64,000 nucleotides of DNA from a candidate division FCPU426 bacterium. Its GTDB lineage: Bacteria; Oederibacteriota; Muellerivitia; Muellerivitales; Muellerivitaceae. The notes under the pieces were generated by a model. The model saw only the letters and a program-made list of their open reading frames with translations. It searched no databases and had not been told where the DNA came from. Below, in pieces: positions 18,281 through 27,112 of the stretch. The translations under genes and the position numbers were made by a program. Positions within the stretch are counted from its first letter, which is position 1; each line of letters starts with the position of its first letter. The stretch is from NCBI GenBank assembly GCA_963771075.1, contig CAVYSE010000017.1, forward strand, positions 104,021 through 168,020, read 5' to 3'.

Positions 18281-21106
18281 TTAGAGATTAAACGAATTCC
18301 AAATGGATTTTTCCGTTCCCTTGGGGGCGCTTTCCTGTCGAATGAGAATATCAGGAAGCTTCTGGGACTTTTGATAGCAAGTCACCACCTTCAACCGGTG
18401 GTCTCCGGCCTCCAGAGGGATTACTTTTCGGAGTTCCAGCGGGGAGGCAAGAACGTAGCCATCGGGGTATCGGTTAAACCGTGCAAAAAAAGCGTCCATC
18501 CATTCATGCCCATCGATCCAAATTTTGGTTCTCCCATCGGCCTTCAGGTTCACCTCATATTTTCCGCCCTTCTCCATATGGAACTTTCCCTCCACTTGGA
18601 CCGCCTCGGTATCCATGTTGATGGGTGGAGCGGTGGCATCGGTCACGCTGACGGCTCGGTCCTGAATGTCCAGGATTCCAAATCCCAAGCCGGACTTGCC
18701 GGAAGCATAGCGGCGCTCCCAAAATGGCGCGGTGATGGGTTTGACCTCAAAGAGCGGCTCCTGCGGAACCGGGGGAAGGGGTTTGCCGGGTTGCGCCGCT
18801 CGTCCACTCGTGATCCGGGCGTATCTCTTTTGTGCTTTCGAGTAAAGTTCCGTCGCGTTGGAAATGTCCGTTACCGGAATCTGGCACCGTAGGGCCAGGG
18901 CGATTTCTCCCGCGACCGGATCAGTCCCTTTTACGGGATTAAACTGGGCTGCGGGGGTTTCTTTTTGGATTCGATCCTTGGTCGCGGAATCCGCGGCCTC
19001 AAAATAAACCACCACATCGTGGCCTTTGGTTTCTTTCGGGTCTTGATACAAGAAATTGGTGGGATGAAGAACACAAGCCGGATGGCCTTCATAGAGGGCC
19101 CCCGCGACCGATCCTCCGACGCCATCGGTCAAAAAGACAAGATTTCCGTGGTCGATGTCCTGGCGGGCTTGCCGTTCCACCGCGATATAGCGGTCCTGAT
19201 ATTTCAAAAACCATTGGCCATAAATATGTTGTATATCCACTCGGACCGTCCAGACCGCAAACCCCGCAAGGAAGAGGCAGAAGAGTTTTGTTTCCCATCG
19301 GTTCGGGGAATTTTGTGGCAAACGCGACCATAGCTCTTCCAATCCCATCGCCCCCAGAACCAGGAATGGGACCACACAACCGATCAATCTTCCTGTGTGG
19401 GCCTGCTGGGTGAGGAAGTAGGGGGTGATCCCCGCCAGCGCCGTCAAAAGCAGGCCGATTCTTTCCCAGCTCAGCCTGGCTAAGATCACGGCCAAACCCA
19501 GGGCAATGAGGACTATTTCCGAATATCCAAAAAAGGAGTCTTTCGGGGCCAGCATGTCCAACCGGTCGGTTCCGTTAAAAAAGAGGGTTTGGAGGGCCAG
19601 CACGGCTTCCGAGTAGATCCGCGAGAAGTAACCCATCCATCCAATTCCCCCCGGAGTCACGATATAGGCCTGCACATTCTTCACGAGGGACTCATGGGTC
19701 ATGACCGGAAAGGTGAGGATCACAGACATCCAGGACCCCGCGAGCCAGCCGGTCCAGGTTCCACTTTGCGACCAGTCGCGTGGTTTTCGAAGGATGTAAA
19801 CGGCAAAAACCAGGTAGAGGGCGAGGAGAACCGCCGGGGGCCCACAGTAAACCCAATCGCAGAGATAAGTAAACAAATTGTTCGCCGGGAAAACGCCGAT
19901 GGTATAAAGAAAGTAAAGTGTGAAGTAGGCGAGGGTGGTTAAGAGCAGGATTTTGGCGGAAAAATCGAGCCGCCGTTCCTTGCTATCTCGGGCCCAAACC
20001 CAGACCCATGACACGAACAGGAAAAATGGAATGAAAATCCTGTAGGGAGTGTAGGTGTAGGCGCCAAATGAAAGGGCCAAGCCCCATTGAACAAAACGAG
20101 CGGGAGTGGGTTTGCGCAGGAGGCGCACAAAAAACAACAGGGCGAGGGCCACCCCCAAGGACAGGCTTTGGAGGCTCAGTCCCTGAAGGGTTCTCATGAT
20201 TAGGGGTTTGCTGACAGCTCCCAAAGCTGCGGCCCAGAGGCCCAACCGGCGATTCAGTAGTTCCTTACCGATGAGGTATAGGGCACAAATGGTCGCCAGG
20301 TCCACGGCGACCCCGGCTATCCTCTGGGTAACGAGTGAAGTCATCGAGGGAAAAAGTTTCCATAGAAAAACGCAAAGATAAGCGAAAAAGGGTTCCCGGT
20401 AGCCCAGGGGGAAAACAAAGGCATCCCCAAAATCGTTGAGGTCCGCAACCCTTCGCACATCCAGGATTTCGGTCGCTTGGACTGACCCATAGGCCCCCAT
20501 CGGTGAAAACCCTTGATAGAGGCAAAGATAAGCCCCCAATCCCAAAAAGAGGGTGAGCAAACCATAAGCCACAGGCGCCGAAAGATCGGTGCCAGACGAT
20601 CTTTCCGGCAAGATCCTGAAACCAATGATCAATCCAACCCATAAAAACAACAAGACGGGGTAAGATTCCTTAAAGGGAAGCCGCAAGGCCAAGGGCATCA
20701 TCCAGCTAAAACTGGGGAAACTGATCAGGAGGATTGAAAAACAGGCTATCAGCAAAAGAAAGAGGATGGCAGCTCCCCCGGTTAAACGGGACGTGTCGAT
20801 GAAAATCTTTTGGAAACCGGGGATTCGGCGGATGGGAATGCGCCCCTGGCGATACAGCTGGATCATGAGGATCACGAGGGCGGTGGTCAGAAGAATCTTG
20901 GTGGAGGCATTGAGATCATGGCGGGTCAGGAGAAAGACCGCTCCCGCCAGGAGCGCCACGGGAAGCCCCAGTTCCCGAAAATCGAAAGAGGGCTTTTTCG
21001 CGCCGGGCTGACCCGATGGGGAAAGAGGCCGGGAATCCGGAGGAAGACGATCCGGTCTTTCCCCTTTTGATGTTTTTTTCTTTTTAGGCGAAGGCATAGG
21101 GCTCAT
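18281..21106 (-). CDS. ArnT/PMT-like (GT-C) membrane protein with a C-terminal PA14-like domain
   Basis: Multi-TM region with YREPFFAY, LYLIGKEL and GAYTYTPYR; C-terminus GKYEVNLKADGRTKIWIDG...LEAGDH. Confidence 0.75.
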   Translation of the reverse strand: MSPMPSPKKKKTSKGERPDRLPPDSRPLSPSGQPGAKKPSFDFRELGLPVALLAGAVFLLTRHDLNASTKILLTTALVILMIQLYRQGRIPIRRIPGFQKIFIDTSRLTGGAAILFLLLIACFSILLISFPSFSWMMPLALRLPFKESYPVLLFLWVGLIIGFRILPERSSGTDLSAPVAYGLLTLFLGLGAYLCLYQGFSPMGAYGSVQATEILDVRRVADLNDFGDAFVFPLGYREPFFAYLCVFLWKLFPSMTSLVTQRIAGVAVDLATICALYLIGKELLNRRLGLWAAALGAVSKPLIMRTLQGLSLQSLSLGVALALLFFVRLLRKPTPARFVQWGLALSFGAYTYTPYRIFIPFFLFVSWVWVWARDSKERRLDFSAKILLLTTLAYFTLYFLYTIGVFPANNLFTYLCDWVYCGPPAVLLALYLVFAVYILRKPRDWSQSGTWTGWLAGSWMSVILTFPVMTHESLVKNVQAYIVTPGGIGWMGYFSRIYSEAVLALQTLFFNGTDRLDMLAPKDSFFGYSEIVLIALGLAVILARLSWERIGLLLTALAGITPYFLTQQAHTGRLIGCVVPFLVLGAMGLEELWSRLPQNSPNRWETKLFCLFLAGFAVWTVRVDIQHIYGQWFLKYQDRYIAVERQARQDIDHGNLVFLTDGVGGSVAGALYEGHPACVLHPTNFLYQDPKETKGHDVVVYFEAADSATKDRIQKETPAAQFNPVKGTDPVAGEIALALRCQIPVTDISNATELYSKAQKRYARITSGRAAQPGKPLPPVPQEPLFEVKPITAPFWERRYASGKSGLGFGILDIQDRAVSVTDATAPPINMDTEAVQVEGKFHMEKGGKYEVNLKADGRTKIWIDGHEWMDAFFARFNRYPDGYVLASPLELRKVIPLEAGDHRLKVVTCYQKSQKLPDILIRQESAPKGTEKSIWNSFNL

Positions 21107-21163
21107 AACCTCTTAAAAGTCTATGCTGAGTTCTCATCTCCCGGCATGTTAAAGTCAGGCCTT

Positions 21164-21925
21164 TCAGGCCGGGGGCAACCGGTAAACCCAAACGTTATAG
21201 CTTCCCGCGACGACCAAATAACCCTCCGGCGTCACGCAAAGATATTTCGCGTCCAAATAAGTCCGGTTCACGTCCGGTTTCTCGACCGTCAGGTCTCCCA
21301 GAAATTGGCCAGTGGCCCCCGAAAAGACCTGGATGAAATTATAGTTCCCATACCCCACATAAACGCGATCCTGCTTGTCCAAGGCGATGGTCCAGGGTTT
21401 TTCCTTGAGTTGGAGGCGGTACATAAACACGCCCTTGGAATCGATGACCTTGAGCCTCAAGTAATCGGACTCCACCTGGTAAGTACGCCCATTCACGGGC
21501 TCCGTTATGGAGTTTTCTGGATTGAAGGTGCCGAACTTATCGATCATTTCGGAATTCAGGAACTGCCCCTTTTGATCGAATAGAAAAACGGTTTTCCCAT
21601 CGGCGCTCAACACGGCAATCTTGCCCTCCCCGGGACAACAAATCCCCCGTATGGTGAGCGGCCCGGATTTTTGACCCGTTCCGTCGAAATGGCACATGAG
21701 ATAAACCATGATCTTCGGGTGGGGCCAGCAACTAACCCCTCCCTGGTTAAAACGGTCCCAACCAAAACTGCAAGCCAATAAAAGGGGGATGCCGATCACC
21801 CAGGGCATCAGTCGGCTCCACAAAGACAAGGAAGCAGGAGGGGATAGGTTTTCCACGGGAAGGATTGGGGATTCCGGTACGGTGGAAGCGGCGTTGGTTT
21901 TAGAGGTGTTTTTTTGTTTATTCAT
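21164..21925 (-). CDS. Short membrane-anchored NHL-like protein, paralog of 16965..18011
   Basis: Shared C-terminal blades (IALDKQDRVYV, FIQVFSGATGQFLGDL vs FIQVYSAIDGKYLGDL). Confidence 0.75.
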   Translation of the reverse strand: MNKQKNTSKTNAASTVPESPILPVENLSPPASLSLWSRLMPWVIGIPLLLACSFGWDRFNQGGVSCWPHPKIMVYLMCHFDGTGQKSGPLTIRGICCPGEGKIAVLSADGKTVFLFDQKGQFLNSEMIDKFGTFNPENSITEPVNGRTYQVESDYLRLKVIDSKGVFMYRLQLKEKPWTIALDKQDRVYVGYGNYNFIQVFSGATGQFLGDLTVEKPDVNRTYLDAKYLCVTPEGYLVVAGSYNVWVYRLPPA

Positions 21926-22195
21926 TCTTTTTTAATCAGGACGGCCGAATAGGAGAAAAAGCCAAGTTATTATCCTTAATCCTTAAAAAGATTGCCAGCT
22001 TGAAATGGCCGAGCGGCCTTGGTTCATTACAAGGAGGAATTGCCGGACCTGCGCTTTACACTGTCCGCTTCAACGCTTTACAATGTGACTACCGATAGGC
22101 TTTCGCGATCCTGATTAAGACGCGGATTCTTTTTCAACTTTATCAAAATTGAGAGGGCAGACTCTCTCGAATCGAACACTTCGCCCCGGGATCCT

Positions 22196-24871
22196 ATGCC
22201 GCGTCCATTAAAAAAATATCAACCCGACTCGAACCGAAGTTCAACCACTGGACAACCGGCGGGAGAAAATCTGAACCAGGCCCCGTCCCCCCACCCCAAA
22301 TCCCCCTGGGATATTCCGATTTACGTCCTGATGGGCTTGTCCTTCCTCTTGTTGTTCCTCCGAAAGACCGGGTGGGGAGAAGATCTCTTGGCCCTTTCCA
22401 TCCTTTTATTCTTTACGAAAAACAGCTTGGTTCGATGGCTGGCCAAGCCCTTGCGCTGGCTCTTCTTCCTCACCCCCTTCAAGCTCTTTATCTTGCTTCT
22501 GTTATGCTGGACGGGGTTTTCGCTAGTTTTGTTGACCTTCCCCTCCCACCGCTGGATGATCCCCCAGGCCACCGCCCTCCCCTTTCAATACTCACTGGAG
22601 GCGATGTTCGCCTGTTGGGCGGGAATCGTTGTGATCATGAAGCTCTTCCCCTCCAGTTCCACAGTCCCCAAGGATCTTTCTCCCTGGACAGCCGGGTTCT
22701 GGCTCCTTCTCATCCTGGGCGTGGATGCCTATTTGATCTTCTACAACGTGGACAAGCCCATTGGGGCGGCCTCGGAGGACACCGTGGTTTTTTCGGCCTT
22801 TGCCCGGCTGGTGTTCGACCTGAAAGATTACCGTTTCTTTTTCAACGGCGGCGCAGGCAACAGCTGGCAGCCTTTCTACCAATGGCTAATGAATTTGCTT
22901 TGGTACGTGAACCCGGATACCCCGGGAGTCCTCCTGGAAAGGATCACTTCCGCGTGCGTGAACCTTGCCATCGTGATCTTTCTATACCTGGCCGGCAAGG
23001 AAGCCGCCGGAAGACGGGTCGGGGTCTTCGCGGCAGGACTCGCCACGATCTGCCTGCCCCTTCTGACCAAAACCCTCGCCTGCCAGCACGGCAACACCCA
23101 CACCCTCTTTGTCGCCCTGTCCCTTTGGCTATTCTTCCGGACTCTCCGCTCCCCCAAACTCATTAATTTTTTGCTTTGGGGAACGTCGGTGGCCCTGGGT
23201 ATATACGCCTATATCATGTTCAGGCCCCTAGTCCCGCTCTTTGTTTTCAGCTCCCTTCTCTGGATCTATTTGAAACGAAAGGAAGAACGCGTCATTGATA
23301 AATCCGTCCACTTGGCTGTTTTCCTGACCCTCTTGATCTTCTTCTTTTACATCTTCTTTACCAACCACCTTTACGCGACCGACAACGACCTGGCCCGCAT
23401 GGTCAACGTCTTCGGGCCATGGCTGCCCTGCATGGTTGTGGGTCTCTTTGTGGGGATCGTCCTTGCCTCCGCCCCACGCCTGATGTCCGTCGCCGACCGG
23501 TATCCGGGTCTGCTGGGTTGGGTGGCCGGTACCTGGATCTGCATGATCATTTCCTTCCCTCAGATGGCGAATCCCCACGAGCTATGGAACATGGTCTCGG
23601 CGGGAGCCTCCGGCAGGCCCATGACCTTCAAATCCGTCCAGGTTTACACCTACTTCTTTGATGTTCATTCCTGCGATTGGATCAACCTGCATTTCCCCAA
23701 CGATTCCTTTTTCGGTTTCACCGAATTGATATTCGGTGCGCTCGGTCTGGCCCTTGCGCTGGTTCGGCCCAACCTGAACCGGGTTTACCTCCTCCTGGCA
23801 TTTCTATCGACTTTCGGGGTCTGGCTTTTGTCCGAATCCACCCACTCGGAGCGAATGATGGTTTGCGTTCCCCCCTTCCTGTTGCTTGGCGCCATGGGTG
23901 CGGGGCAGGTTTGGGACTGGATCACCCTGGCCACCCGAAGCGTCTTGGCCCGGGTCATCGCCGCAGTTTTCCTGGTGGGCCTGTTCGAATGGACGGCCCA
24001 GGGCGACTTTGACCGCGTACACAACCAATGGGCCGGATGCGTTTATGACGTGGATAACGCGGTTTGCCAGAGGGCCGCGAACGACCAAAAAGAGGGAAAA
24101 AGGGTCTACATCGGTCCCGACCTGACCTGGACCCGCATTTCCTACATGCTTTATGAGAACCACCCGGTGCAGGTCCTGAAACACGTCAACCCGATCTATG
24201 TGGCCCCCAATGACAAACCCCAGGACCTGGTAATCTATTTCCGGGGTAAGGACGACCATCAACTGGACGACCAGATGGCCAAGGATATTCAGGCCGCATT
24301 CCCGAAGGTTACTTTCGAGACCATCCGAAATCCGTTTGACGAAAACGGCTGGCCCCTAGGTTCCCGTTGCCAGATCGCTTTCGCGGACATCCTGCGCAAC
24401 CGAAAACAGACCATCTTTCAGGTCAAGAAGATCAAACCGCCCGTCTGGACAAGGGAATACTTCGCCGCCGACACGGGCATGCGTCCTGCCGTGCTGGATT
24501 GGGTGGATTGCGTTCCCCATATCTCGGATCCCTTCCCCACCGACATCAAAATGGATTACGAGGGATACCGCTACCAGGGGGTTATCCACGTGAAAAAAGG
24601 GGGGAAATACAAGATCAATTGCGCCAATGATTCCCGGACCATCCTGAAGATCGACGGGAGGGATGTATTAGACATGGTTTTCCCGCGAACTGAGCATTTC
24701 ACCACACCCGCCCGCACGGACACCAATACCCTCAACCTAGAAGCGGGCAACCACACAATCCAGGTCACCGGCCTGATCCCCCAGACACACCAGCCCCCAG
24801 TAATCACCTTGAGTTCCTTAGGCACCCCGGACCTAAAGGACCTATCCCTTTGGTCCTCTTTCGACTTTTAA
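22196..24871 (+). CDS. ArnT/PMT-like (GT-C) membrane protein with a C-terminal PA14-like domain; paralog of 18281..21106
   Basis: PNDSFFGFTE vs PKDSFFGYSE; LYLAGKE; GGKYKINCANDSRTILKIDG...LEAGNH; similar C-termini (SLWSSFDF vs SIWNSFNL). Confidence 0.75.
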   Translation: MPRPLKKYQPDSNRSSTTGQPAGENLNQAPSPHPKSPWDIPIYVLMGLSFLLLFLRKTGWGEDLLALSILLFFTKNSLVRWLAKPLRWLFFLTPFKLFILLLLCWTGFSLVLLTFPSHRWMIPQATALPFQYSLEAMFACWAGIVVIMKLFPSSSTVPKDLSPWTAGFWLLLILGVDAYLIFYNVDKPIGAASEDTVVFSAFARLVFDLKDYRFFFNGGAGNSWQPFYQWLMNLLWYVNPDTPGVLLERITSACVNLAIVIFLYLAGKEAAGRRVGVFAAGLATICLPLLTKTLACQHGNTHTLFVALSLWLFFRTLRSPKLINFLLWGTSVALGIYAYIMFRPLVPLFVFSSLLWIYLKRKEERVIDKSVHLAVFLTLLIFFFYIFFTNHLYATDNDLARMVNVFGPWLPCMVVGLFVGIVLASAPRLMSVADRYPGLLGWVAGTWICMIISFPQMANPHELWNMVSAGASGRPMTFKSVQVYTYFFDVHSCDWINLHFPNDSFFGFTELIFGALGLALALVRPNLNRVYLLLAFLSTFGVWLLSESTHSERMMVCVPPFLLLGAMGAGQVWDWITLATRSVLARVIAAVFLVGLFEWTAQGDFDRVHNQWAGCVYDVDNAVCQRAANDQKEGKRVYIGPDLTWTRISYMLYENHPVQVLKHVNPIYVAPNDKPQDLVIYFRGKDDHQLDDQMAKDIQAAFPKVTFETIRNPFDENGWPLGSRCQIAFADILRNRKQTIFQVKKIKPPVWTREYFAADTGMRPAVLDWVDCVPHISDPFPTDIKMDYEGYRYQGVIHVKKGGKYKINCANDSRTILKIDGRDVLDMVFPRTEHFTTPARTDTNTLNLEAGNHTIQVTGLIPQTHQPPVITLSSLGTPDLKDLSLWSSFDF

Positions 24872-25011
24872 GGGTATCTCCTAGCTCCTCAGCTGAAACC
24901 CCTCGTACAATTCAACTCTTCGCTCATGTTTTTAAAAGGGGGAAACTCATCCGGTCTGCAATTCGATCGGCTTATTAAATTAGGGATTATCCTGTCCACA
25001 GTTCGAAATCA

Positions 25012-27090
25012 CTATTGGGCATGGAACCAGCCTTGCTGTTTGACGAACTCCAATCCCCTCTTGGCTTCCGCGTGGTTGGGATCCAGATCCAGTACCTTCT
25101 GGAACATCTCACCCGCCTTTTGCCCCTGCCCCAGGTTCAGGGCCGCCACCGCGGCGTTGAAATAAGCATCCTTGTATTTCGGATCTAATAGCAAAGCTTT
25201 GGCGTAATAATCCAATGCTTCCGAGTTCCTGCCCAGATGCACCAGGGCATTTCCCACGTTGAAGGCATAAATCGGATCAGTTGGGTTAAAGTTCTGGCAC
25301 CAGGCATATTGTTGGAAAGACTTAAGATAATCCTGAAGAATTTGTAACTGATCCTGGGGGTTGGGTGGCTTGGAAAGTCTCGCCGTCGCGTCATCCGCCC
25401 GGTTCTCGAAATAAACTCCCAACCCATTGCGGTCCACGGCGTAATCTTCTAGGATCCATTGGCGGGTGCGCATGTCTATCGGGATGCTGGAGTCCGACAG
25501 ATGGCGCATTCGAAGGGCATCCCATAAATATCGGGCCTTGAGCTCATCCAACGGAGGCAGGGTTTGGTTGATGAAACATTGGTAAACCAACCCGTAGGGC
25601 AAGAGGTTCTGGACGGGCTGGGTCTTGGAATCGATCTGGTTATAGCTTAAGAACTGAGGTATCGAGTTGTTCTTGAGGATGAGCCAGGACATGAGGTTGG
25701 AAATCGATTCGTTGCCCATGGGCTGCCGGGAAAAGGGCACGGAAAGTTTCGGGTGCTGAAAATTCAAGTCACGCCTTATCCAGTCCATGGGTAGGCCATC
25801 CACCCCCACCACCGCCAAGTCGGGCCGGAACCTTTCCACCCATTGGAAATACCAGGAAGGAAAGACCAGCCCGTCTCCCCGGCAAAAGAAAAGCGAGTTC
25901 TCCGGAAGACACTTGAAGCTGTTCAGGGTGAAATCATAAACGTAACTATAGTTCGTCTGCCGGTCTTTGAGGGTTCGGAAAGTCCCCAACCCAAGGGCCC
26001 ATAAAGCAAGCAGGACCGCAACGCCCGCCAAAAATCTTTTCTTAAGTGCCGGTTCCAATTGGTCTTGAAACTGTCCTATTCCCCATCCCAAAAAGATCAA
26101 AACCATCAAATGGGTCGGGAGGATATAGGAACTGATCAGGTAAAACCGGTCCACTGAAAGATGCAGGTAAAGGCTGACGGTCAATAGAAGGCAGGCCCAC
26201 CCCGTGATTAAACCTATCGCCAGGGGTACTTTCTTCTTTAATAGAGGCAGTGCGAAAACCAAGGCCGCAAGCGAAAGACCCGCGAATTCCACCCACTGTC
26301 CCGTGAAAGCGTACTGGGCCTGTGAGAACCAATCCGACAGGGACCCATTGGCCTCGGCTCCCTGGTATTCCCGACGGGCCAGGACAAAAAGGAAATTCTT
26401 CAAATTCCAGGGGCTTCCCCAGTTCAGGAGGGGCCCCCGGGTGGAAAGAATAGGCAAGGCCAGCCAAAGGGACGAGCCCAGGGTGAAACAAGCCGCCATC
26501 GGGAACAGGCCCCCTTCTTTCACCGAACGTTTTTCCCTTTCCAAGTAGGCCATCGCGACCAAACCCGGCGCAGAAACGACTAGGGTCATCCAATGGTGGG
26601 TGAAAAAGATTCCAGCCAGGAAAGCCGCCAACCAGGTTTTCCCTTCCCGCAGTGACCAAAAGAGGCCTAAGAGAAATAGGGCGTTCAATTCGTAAACCTC
26701 GCCCTTCGCGCTCAAGGCTGCGGGATAAAGGCTGGCACCCGTAACCCACATCAGGGCGATAGGCACGGCGAACCTGGGGTTAACACGCAACGCTTTTACA
26801 AGGAAAAGGAAAAGCAAAACACAAACAATAGCGGCAAGAAAGGCCGATAAAAGGTTCACCCGAAAGGGAATCCCTCCCAACGAAAACAATGTGGCGATGT
26901 GACCCAGCAGGGTCAGGAAGGGATAACCGGGAGGGTGCGGCACGCCCAAGGTCGCGGCGGCGGTAATGGTTTCCGGGCTGTCGTCCCCGTAAAAGGATGG
27001 GTTCAGGGCAGACAACAGAAAATGGAAAGCGGCTAAGAAAAGTAAAAAAGGAACCAGGAAACGGATGAACCCGGAGGATAATTTCATCAA
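25012..27090 (-). CDS. DUF2723 / TMEM260-like GT-C glycosyltransferase with C-terminal TPR repeats
   Basis: GDDSPE...TLGVPHPPGYP signature, RVNLLSA and EVYELN motifs, many TMs; TPRs (AFNVGNAL..LGR..EAL.YY.KAL.LDP). Confidence 0.85.
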   Translation of the reverse strand: MMKLSSGFIRFLVPFLLFLAAFHFLLSALNPSFYGDDSPETITAAATLGVPHPPGYPFLTLLGHIATLFSLGGIPFRVNLLSAFLAAIVCVLLFLFLVKALRVNPRFAVPIALMWVTGASLYPAALSAKGEVYELNALFLLGLFWSLREGKTWLAAFLAGIFFTHHWMTLVVSAPGLVAMAYLEREKRSVKEGGLFPMAACFTLGSSLWLALPILSTRGPLLNWGSPWNLKNFLFVLARREYQGAEANGSLSDWFSQAQYAFTGQWVEFAGLSLAALVFALPLLKKKVPLAIGLITGWACLLLTVSLYLHLSVDRFYLISSYILPTHLMVLIFLGWGIGQFQDQLEPALKKRFLAGVAVLLALWALGLGTFRTLKDRQTNYSYVYDFTLNSFKCLPENSLFFCRGDGLVFPSWYFQWVERFRPDLAVVGVDGLPMDWIRRDLNFQHPKLSVPFSRQPMGNESISNLMSWLILKNNSIPQFLSYNQIDSKTQPVQNLLPYGLVYQCFINQTLPPLDELKARYLWDALRMRHLSDSSIPIDMRTRQWILEDYAVDRNGLGVYFENRADDATARLSKPPNPQDQLQILQDYLKSFQQYAWCQNFNPTDPIYAFNVGNALVHLGRNSEALDYYAKALLLDPKYKDAYFNAAVAALNLGQGQKAGEMFQKVLDLDPNHAEAKRGLEFVKQQGWFHAQ

Positions 27091-27112
27091 GGAACTCCGT
27101 TACTTGAATATC

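Noticed and set aside
18155..18892. 245-aa plus-strand ORF and similar long overlapping ORFs (22372..23166, 60512..61327, 61746..62726)
   Set aside because: They overlap well-supported genes in other frames or strands and have no recognisable motifs.
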